From Candidatus Aenigmatarchaeota archaeon (lineage in GTDB: Archaea; Aenigmatarchaeota; Aenigmatarchaeia; Aenigmatarchaeales; Aenigmatarchaeaceae), in NCBI GenBank assembly GCA_043802485.1, contig JAZDKZ010000004.1:24157-88156 (forward strand): DNA of 64,000 bases, in the 5' to 3' direction. The notes beneath the pieces were generated by a model. That model worked only from the letters and a program-made list of their open reading frames with translations. It did not search any database and was not told the DNA's origin. This document shows, in pieces, positions 58,241-64,000 of this stretch (within the stretch, counting starts at the first letter, position 1; every line of letters starts with the position of its first letter). Position numbers and translations under genes: made by a program.

Positions 58241-59704
58241 ATGGTCTCGTTAACCTTCTACGGCGGCGTCAAGGAAATCGGGGGCAACAAGATATTACTA
58301 GAAGACGATGGAACCAAAATATTTCTAGATTTTGGCATGAACTTTTCACAGCACGCCAAGTTCTTCACTGAATACATGCCGCCCCGCAAGAACTCGTGCA
58401 TAACGGACATGATGTTCCTGGGCCTATTGCCCAACATCAAAGGATTATACCGCCGCGATTACTGCAAGCACCAGGGCGCGGACCATAAAGAAGAAAATTC
58501 CGTGGATGGCGTCCTGATATCACACGGCCACATCGACCACGTGGGCTATGTCCATTTCCTTAGGAAGGACATACCCGTCCATGTAAGCCATGAAACCAAG
58601 GCGATAATGGAACTGTTTACCAGAACCGGAGCAGGCGGTTTCAGCGAGTTCTGCGACTTTAAACCGAGCTTTGAACTGATACCCGCAAAAACAGGCGGTA
58701 TGAAGAGGCGCGATGCCCGCGACGGAACGGAGAAGAGGGACGTCCGCACCTTCGAGTTCGGCAAAAAGTTCACCATAGGCAATCTGGAGATCGAACCCTA
58801 CCGGGTCGACCATTCCCTGCCCGGCGCGACCGGTTTCATAATCCACACCTCCGCCGGAGCCATAATCTATACAGGCGATCTGCGGTTCCACGGCCGCCAC
58901 AGGGACTGGAGCAACGCCTTTGTCTCGGCCTCGGCTGCGGCCGAGCCCGTGGCCATGATATCGGAAGGCACAAGGATCAAAAAGTCTGACAACAGGACCG
59001 AAGATTATGTCCAGAAGGAGAGCACCGACTGCATCAAAGGCAAAAAGGGCCTGGCCATAGCCAACTTCCCCATAAGGGACACTGAGCGATTATTGACCTT
59101 CTACCAAACAGCCAAGGCCAACCAGCGCAAGCTGGTCATAGAGTACCGGCAGGCCATCCTGCTGGACCTCCTGAAAAAGTGCGGCATTGACGGGCTGCCG
59201 GACTCGAAAGATCCGGAAATAAGGATATTCTACCCCAAAAAGAGCTGGGGTCTGATCGGCAGGAAGGACTTTGACCGGGAGCAGGTGGAAAGGGACTATA
59301 CGTCCTGGGAGAGGACGTACGCCTCGTCGGAGAACGTGATAGACGCCTGCGAGATAAGGGACCATCAGAACGGTTTTGTGATGTTCATGAACTATTTCCA
59401 GCTGAATAATTTGCTTGATTTGAAGCCTGTTTCGGGTAGTGTCCATATTCGAAGCATCTGTGAGCCTTTCTGCGAGGACATGGAGCTGGACCAGAAGCGC
59501 ATTAATAACTGGTTAAGGCTGTTCAAATTGTATCCTGAGAAAAAATTCCACTGCTCCGGGCATGCCACCGGTGACGCGATAGAGGGGATGATCAAAACGG
59601 TTTCGCCAAAGGCGGTGTTCCCCATACACACAGAGTATCCTGGGATTTTCCGGCGTTTCAACAAGTCAAGAATGGTTAAGTATGGGAAGTGCTACGAGAT
59701 TTAA
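58241..59704 (+). CDS. Metallo-beta-lactamase/beta-CASP nuclease (RNase J-like), 487 aa
   Basis: GGVKEIGGN, LDFG, SHGHIDH, VDHS, YTGDLR, EGT, HCSGHA, PIHTE. Confidence 0.92.
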   Translation: MVSLTFYGGVKEIGGNKILLEDDGTKIFLDFGMNFSQHAKFFTEYMPPRKNSCITDMMFLGLLPNIKGLYRRDYCKHQGADHKEENSVDGVLISHGHIDHVGYVHFLRKDIPVHVSHETKAIMELFTRTGAGGFSEFCDFKPSFELIPAKTGGMKRRDARDGTEKRDVRTFEFGKKFTIGNLEIEPYRVDHSLPGATGFIIHTSAGAIIYTGDLRFHGRHRDWSNAFVSASAAAEPVAMISEGTRIKKSDNRTEDYVQKESTDCIKGKKGLAIANFPIRDTERLLTFYQTAKANQRKLVIEYRQAILLDLLKKCGIDGLPDSKDPEIRIFYPKKSWGLIGRKDFDREQVERDYTSWERTYASSENVIDACEIRDHQNGFVMFMNYFQLNNLLDLKPVSGSVHIRSICEPFCEDMELDQKRINNWLRLFKLYPEKKFHCSGHATGDAIEGMIKTVSPKAVFPIHTEYPGIFRRFNKSRMVKYGKCYEI

Positions 59705-59719
59705 ATTTTATTATATTGA

Positions 59720-60091
59720 ATGATTATTATGGACCAGAAAGTTACAGTTGAAGAATTGAAGAAACTTGTAGCAAAGTTTAGAGATGAACGTGAATGGGCA
59801 AAATATCACACTCCTAAGGATCTTGCTGTTTCTATTAGTGTTGAAGCAAACGAGTTGTTAGAACTTTTTCAATGGAAGACAAATGAAGAAGTGGAAGAAT
59901 TATTAAAGAAAAATGAAAAGTATCAAAAGGTCTTGGAAGAATTAGCCGATGTTATGATATACTGTTTGAATCTAGCAGATACAATAGGTGGCGACGTGTC
60001 AGATGCTGTTAAGAAAAAGTTGGAGCATAACGAAAAGAAATATCCTATCGAGAAAATAAAAGGTAATTATAGAAAGTATACGGAGCTATGA
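59720..60091 (+). CDS. MazG-like nucleotide pyrophosphohydrolase
   Basis: REWAKYHTPKDLA..ISVEANELLE..FQW, EELADV, NEKKYP. Confidence 0.92.
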   Translation: MIIMDQKVTVEELKKLVAKFRDEREWAKYHTPKDLAVSISVEANELLELFQWKTNEEVEELLKKNEKYQKVLEELADVMIYCLNLADTIGGDVSDAVKKKLEHNEKKYPIEKIKGNYRKYTEL

Positions 60092-60092
60092 T

Positions 60093-62012
60093 ATGTTAAA
60101 TAGAAGAATACTTTACGACGCTCCACAAAAAGATTTTTTCAAAGATGTTCTAGTAAATAAGTTTGCTGATAAAGTCCAAGAAAGTTTTATTGATCAGAAT
60201 GGATGGGAAAACAAATCTGAATTTAGTTCATGGGTTGATACAGGAAAGACTATTAAAAATCTAATAGAATTAAGTGGATTAGAAAATCTATATCTTTCCT
60301 TTGAATATCAGGTGCCTTACACACAAAAAAGAATAGATTGTTTATTGTTTGGTAAAAATAAAAAAGGAAAAGGTATCATAATTCATATAGAAATGAAACA
60401 ATGGCAAAGTGTTGAAGCTCTTCCTGTAGATGGAAATTTCGTTGAGACGTATGTTGGTGGCAATACAAGAAAGGTAGCACATCCTTCTCAACAAGTAAGA
60501 GGTTATCATAATTATCTAATTGGGTTTGTAGAAATTTTTGAAGAAAATGAAGTGGATTTAATCGGTTGTGCTTATTGTCCTAATTATAATAAAAAAGACG
60601 GTGAAGGTTTGCTTGACGAAAAATACAAAGAAGTTGTTAGCAAGTTTCCTATTTACACAAAAGAAGATATTGAAGTATTAGCTAATAGATTGAAAGACTT
60701 GTTAAGTCAAGAAGATGGTTTTGATATTTTCAACAAATTCATGGAATCACCAATAAAACCTTCTAGAAAACTTTTAGATAATGCATCTAAAGTAATCAAA
60801 AAAGAATCTGATTTTAATTTACTTGATGATCAGATTTTGGCAAGAAATGTTATTATTGACAAAATAAAAAAAGCCGAAAACAAAGGAGAAAATAGTATTA
60901 TCATAGTTAAAGGCGGTCCTGGTACAGGAAAGACTGTTATAGCGCTTCATATATTAGCAGAGTTTGCTGGTCATAAAGAAAAGAAGTATAACATATTTTT
61001 TGCTTCAAGGTCCAAGCCTTTAATCGAGGCAATAAAATATAAGATGGAACGTGGCCAGAAAGTAGGGGAAGTTAATGCTAAAATACTATTCACCAGTTTA
61101 GAATCATATATTCCTCAAAGGGTTGATGAAAATGACCTTGACATTCTGATTGTTGACGAGGCTCATAGAATAGGTGAAAAATCAGGAAACTTTATGACAA
61201 AAAAAGAATACCGTTCAGATATGCCGCAAATAGAACAGTTGATTCGTTGTGCAAAAACCTCTATATTCTTTATTGATAACAAGCAGGTAATTAGGGGCGC
61301 TGAGATCGGTAATACAGAATTAATTAAAGACTTTGCTAAAAATCTGGGAAGGCAAATAGAAGAAGTTGAATTGACTTCTCAGTTTAGATGCAACGGTTCT
61401 GATAATTATCTGGATTGGTTGGAATACGTCCTCGGTCATTCTAAAAGAAAAATTATTTTAAAGAGGGAAGATAATTTCGATTTCCGAATAATCGATTCTC
61501 CTGAAAAATTATATGAAATTATAAAGGAGAAAAATTCTCAAAAAGGAATGACTGCTAGACTTGTTGCTGGTTATTGTTGGTCTTGGTCTACGAAAACGGA
61601 TAGTAATGGTGATTTGATAAAAGACGTTAAAATCGGGGACTTTAGTATGCCTTGGGAAACCCATACAGGATTAAAGCCGCCCAAAGGTTATGTAAGGTGG
61701 TATGAATGGGCATACAAACCAGAAGGGATAAAACAAATTGGTTGCATATACACGGCGCAAGGTTTTGAATTTGATTATATTGGTGTGATTGTAGGTCCTG
61801 ACTTAAAATATGACGCTGAAAATGATCGTTTGGTTACAGACATTGATGGAATCGCAGATCCGGCTTTAAGAAAGAAGAAAGATAGAGACAAGTTTGATGA
61901 ATATGTAAGAAATATCTACAGAGTCTTAATGTCAAGAGGTCTAAAGGGCTGTTATGTCTACTTTGTGGATAAAGAAGTCGAGAAATTCTTCAGAAAGAGG
62001 ATAGCTGATTAA
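60093..62012 (+). CDS. DUF2075 / Schlafen-group-3-like nuclease-helicase
   Basis: EY..P..RID..IEMKQW nuclease; GGPGTGKT, DEAHR, SQFRC, TAQGFE, YRVLMSRG. Confidence 0.9.
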   Translation: MLNRRILYDAPQKDFFKDVLVNKFADKVQESFIDQNGWENKSEFSSWVDTGKTIKNLIELSGLENLYLSFEYQVPYTQKRIDCLLFGKNKKGKGIIIHIEMKQWQSVEALPVDGNFVETYVGGNTRKVAHPSQQVRGYHNYLIGFVEIFEENEVDLIGCAYCPNYNKKDGEGLLDEKYKEVVSKFPIYTKEDIEVLANRLKDLLSQEDGFDIFNKFMESPIKPSRKLLDNASKVIKKESDFNLLDDQILARNVIIDKIKKAENKGENSIIIVKGGPGTGKTVIALHILAEFAGHKEKKYNIFFASRSKPLIEAIKYKMERGQKVGEVNAKILFTSLESYIPQRVDENDLDILIVDEAHRIGEKSGNFMTKKEYRSDMPQIEQLIRCAKTSIFFIDNKQVIRGAEIGNTELIKDFAKNLGRQIEEVELTSQFRCNGSDNYLDWLEYVLGHSKRKIILKREDNFDFRIIDSPEKLYEIIKEKNSQKGMTARLVAGYCWSWSTKTDSNGDLIKDVKIGDFSMPWETHTGLKPPKGYVRWYEWAYKPEGIKQIGCIYTAQGFEFDYIGVIVGPDLKYDAENDRLVTDIDGIADPALRKKKDRDKFDEYVRNIYRVLMSRGLKGCYVYFVDKEVEKFFRKRIAD

Positions 62013-62176
62013 ATTTGCGAAGTATCAAAATCTCTAACTGTTAACTCCAAGTCTTTTATTAGCTTTAGTATTTTTTCTTTTTCGTTAAAACTTAGGACTA
62101 CCCCTTCTTGAAGCAAGTAGTAAAATTCATTACACATTTTTTCAAGTTTATCTATCATGTCTTTGTTATATTCCAT
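62009..62176 (-). CDS. Possible small protein (55 aa)
   Basis: Manual translation MEYNKDMIDKLEKMCNEF... Confidence 0.35.
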   Translation of the reverse strand: MEYNKDMIDKLEKMCNEFYYLLQEGVVLSFNEKEKILKLIKDLELTVRDFDTSQI

Positions 62177-62289
62177 ATTTTTATTAAATTTTCAATCAAC
62201 AAGTTCATTATTCAATACCTTTAGTGGTAAAGACAAACAATCTTTATGATAGACTATATTTTATATACAAACGAATATCACCTTTTAAT

Positions 62290-64000
62290 ATGCGCTCATA
62301 TTATTCAAATTCAATTAAAAGTTTTTTAGAAGATAATGATTCTAAAATATTGGGGGAGTTAACAAGACATCATTCACATACTCTTGAAAATTTACAAAGA
62401 AATGCATGGATTAAACAAATAAAAATCTTAAAAAATGTCTTTAAAGATAATAATGAAGGTCATATTTTCTTTGAATTTGCTATACCTCGTATGGGAAAAA
62501 GGGTTGATAATATTATCATAATTAGAGATTTAATTTTTGTAATAGAGTTTAAAGTAGGCGATTCAAAATACGAAAAACATGCAATTGATCAAGTTTTAGA
62601 TTATAGTCTTGATCTGAAAAACTTTCATGAAGGAAGTCATAATGAAAAATTAATTCCAATATTAGTTGCAACAAAAGCTGTTACAAAACAAAATACTATT
62701 CAAAAATATCAAGATTTGTTATATGAGACACTATTTGCAAATGAAAATAATTTATTTGATGTAATATCTTCTTGTTTTTCTGAAAAAGGAACTACATATA
62801 TAAATGTAGTTGAATGGGAAAATTCAATCTATAAACCAACGCCCACTATTATAGAGGCTGCACAAGCATTGTATAAAGGTCATAATGTTCAAGAAATTTC
62901 TCGTTCAGATTCGGGTGCAATTAATCTATCAAGAACCGCAAACTGTATAAATAAAATTATTGATGAATCAAAAATTAATTCTCAAAAATCTATTTGTTTT
63001 GTAACTGGAGTTCCAGGTGCTGGAAAAACTCTTGCAGGTTTAAATATTGCCAATGAAAGAATGAAAATTGCAGAAGATGAAAATGCTGTTTTTTTATCTG
63101 GTAATGGCCCACTAGTAAAGGTTTTAAGAGAAGCGTTGACTAGAGACGAAGTAAAGAATGCTAAAATTAATGGTAATAAAATTACAAAAAAAGAGGCTGC
63201 AATAAAAGCAAATGCTTTTATTCAAAATATACATCATTTTCGTGACGAAGCTTTAATTTCTAAAAATGCCCCAACTGAAAAAGTAGTAATTTTCGATGAA
63301 GCGCAGAGAGCTTGGACACAACAACAAGCCAATTCTTTTATGATCAGAAAAAAAGGAGTTTCTGATTTTGATCGTTCAGAACCAAATTTCTTAATTGAAG
63401 TTATGGATAGACATCAAGATTGGTGTTCAATTATATGTTTAATAGGCGGTGGACAAGAAATCAATACAGGTGAAGCTGGTTTAGAAGAATGGATAAATGC
63501 TCTAAAGGATAATTTCTCAAATTGGAAGATATATTTTTCAGACTTGATAATCAGCGATAATAATTATTTGGATAAACAAAGTTATAGAAATTGGTTAAAC
63601 AAAAACGGTCAGTCTAAATCTGAACTTCATTTATCTGTTTCTGTTCGTTCTTTTAGATCCGAAAAACTTTCTGAACTGATTAGTCATTTATTGAATAAAA
63701 ACACTGAAAAAGCGAGAGAATTATATTGCGATCTAAAGAAAGTATATCCTATTGTTATTACTAGAGATTACAATTCGGCCAAAAAATGGATTAAAGAAAA
63801 GGCAAGGGGTTCTGAACGTTTTGGTATTTTAGCATCTTCAAATGCTAAAAGATTAAGACCTTTTGGAATTGATGTTAAAAATAGTATCAGCGCTTCAAAT
63901 TGGTTTTTGGATGGGAAAAATGATGTTCGTTCATCATATTATATGGAAGATGTTGCCACAGAATTTGAAATTCAAGGACTTGAACTTGATTGGACTATTG
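62290..64000 (+). CDS. Second DUF2075-type nuclease-helicase, 3'-truncated by window
   Basis: Manual translation MRSYYSNS..., EFAIPRMGKRVD, IEFK, GVPGAGKT, DEAQR, TEFEIQGLELDW. Confidence 0.88.
   Translation, partial: MRSYYSNSIKSFLEDNDSKILGELTRHHSHTLENLQRNAWIKQIKILKNVFKDNNEGHIFFEFAIPRMGKRVDNIIIIRDLIFVIEFKVGDSKYEKHAIDQVLDYSLDLKNFHEGSHNEKLIPILVATKAVTKQNTIQKYQDLLYETLFANENNLFDVISSCFSEKGTTYINVVEWENSIYKPTPTIIEAAQALYKGHNVQEISRSDSGAINLSRTANCINKIIDESKINSQKSICFVTGVPGAGKTLAGLNIANERMKIAEDENAVFLSGNGPLVKVLREALTRDEVKNAKINGNKITKKEAAIKANAFIQNIHHFRDEALISKNAPTEKVVIFDEAQRAWTQQQANSFMIRKKGVSDFDRSEPNFLIEVMDRHQDWCSIICLIGGGQEINTGEAGLEEWINALKDNFSNWKIYFSDLIISDNNYLDKQSYRNWLNKNGQSKSELHLSVSVRSFRSEKLSELISHLLNKNTEKARELYCDLKKVYPIVITRDYNSAKKWIKEKARGSERFGILASSNAKRLRPFGIDVKNSISASNWFLDGKNDVRSSYYMEDVATEFEIQGLELDWTI

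Larger units (their letters stand above)
45027..58279 (+). mobile_element. Cassette array delimited by 11 copies of the 5' end of the downstream beta-CASP gene
   Basis: TTCTACGGCGG core at 45042, 45885, 48889, 50287, 51449, 52697, 53103, 54344, 54937, 56362, 57467 and in-gene 58256; all copies between ORFs. Confidence 0.85.

Noticed and set aside
45027..58279. CRISPR array interpretation of the ~35-nt repeats
   Set aside because: Spacers are 0.4-3 kb, irregular and gene-bearing; the repeats are copies of a protein-coding gene start; no cas1/cas2
45027..58279. Classical integron attC sites
   Set aside because: No long attC hairpins and no IntI in the window; the resemblance is architectural only
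45027..59704. Diversity-generating retroelement or IS-end repeats
   Set aside because: No reverse transcriptase or transposase; differences are synonymous rather than adenine-specific; repeats are direct, not inverted

Overview
Archaeal chromosomal window, most consistent with a small-genome DPANN lineage such as Aenigmarchaeota (inferred from gene content: uL1-uL10-P1 operon, short AlaRS, TFB, Rpo6, TATA boxes ~28 bp before start codons). 1-32 kb is mostly housekeeping: a surface-protein cluster with two MinD paralogs, ribosomal proteins, alaS, trxB, glutamate synthase FMN domain, an intron-containing tRNA-Gln, a TFB with a degenerate Zn ribbon, a DHH nuclease and an ABC exporter. 33-45 kb is rich in orphan ORFs and carries a solo Cas4-like nuclease and a eukaryote-type topoisomerase IB. 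The main discovery is at 45.0-59.7 kb: eleven dispersed, same-orientation copies of the first ~10-13 codons (some with promoter) of a beta-CASP/RNase J-like gene (58241-59704) lie upstream of that gene. They delimit eleven 0.4-3 kb cargo segments (three toxin-antitoxin-like pairs, HAD hydrolase, peptidase, orphans). The copies differ mostly at synonymous positions around an invariant TTCTACGGCGG core, suggesting an integron-like cassette array built by serial insertion into the gene's 5' end; no integrase is visible in the window. After 59.7 kb an AT-rich island encodes MazG and two DUF2075-type nuclease-helicases. All product calls come from motif recognition, not database searches.
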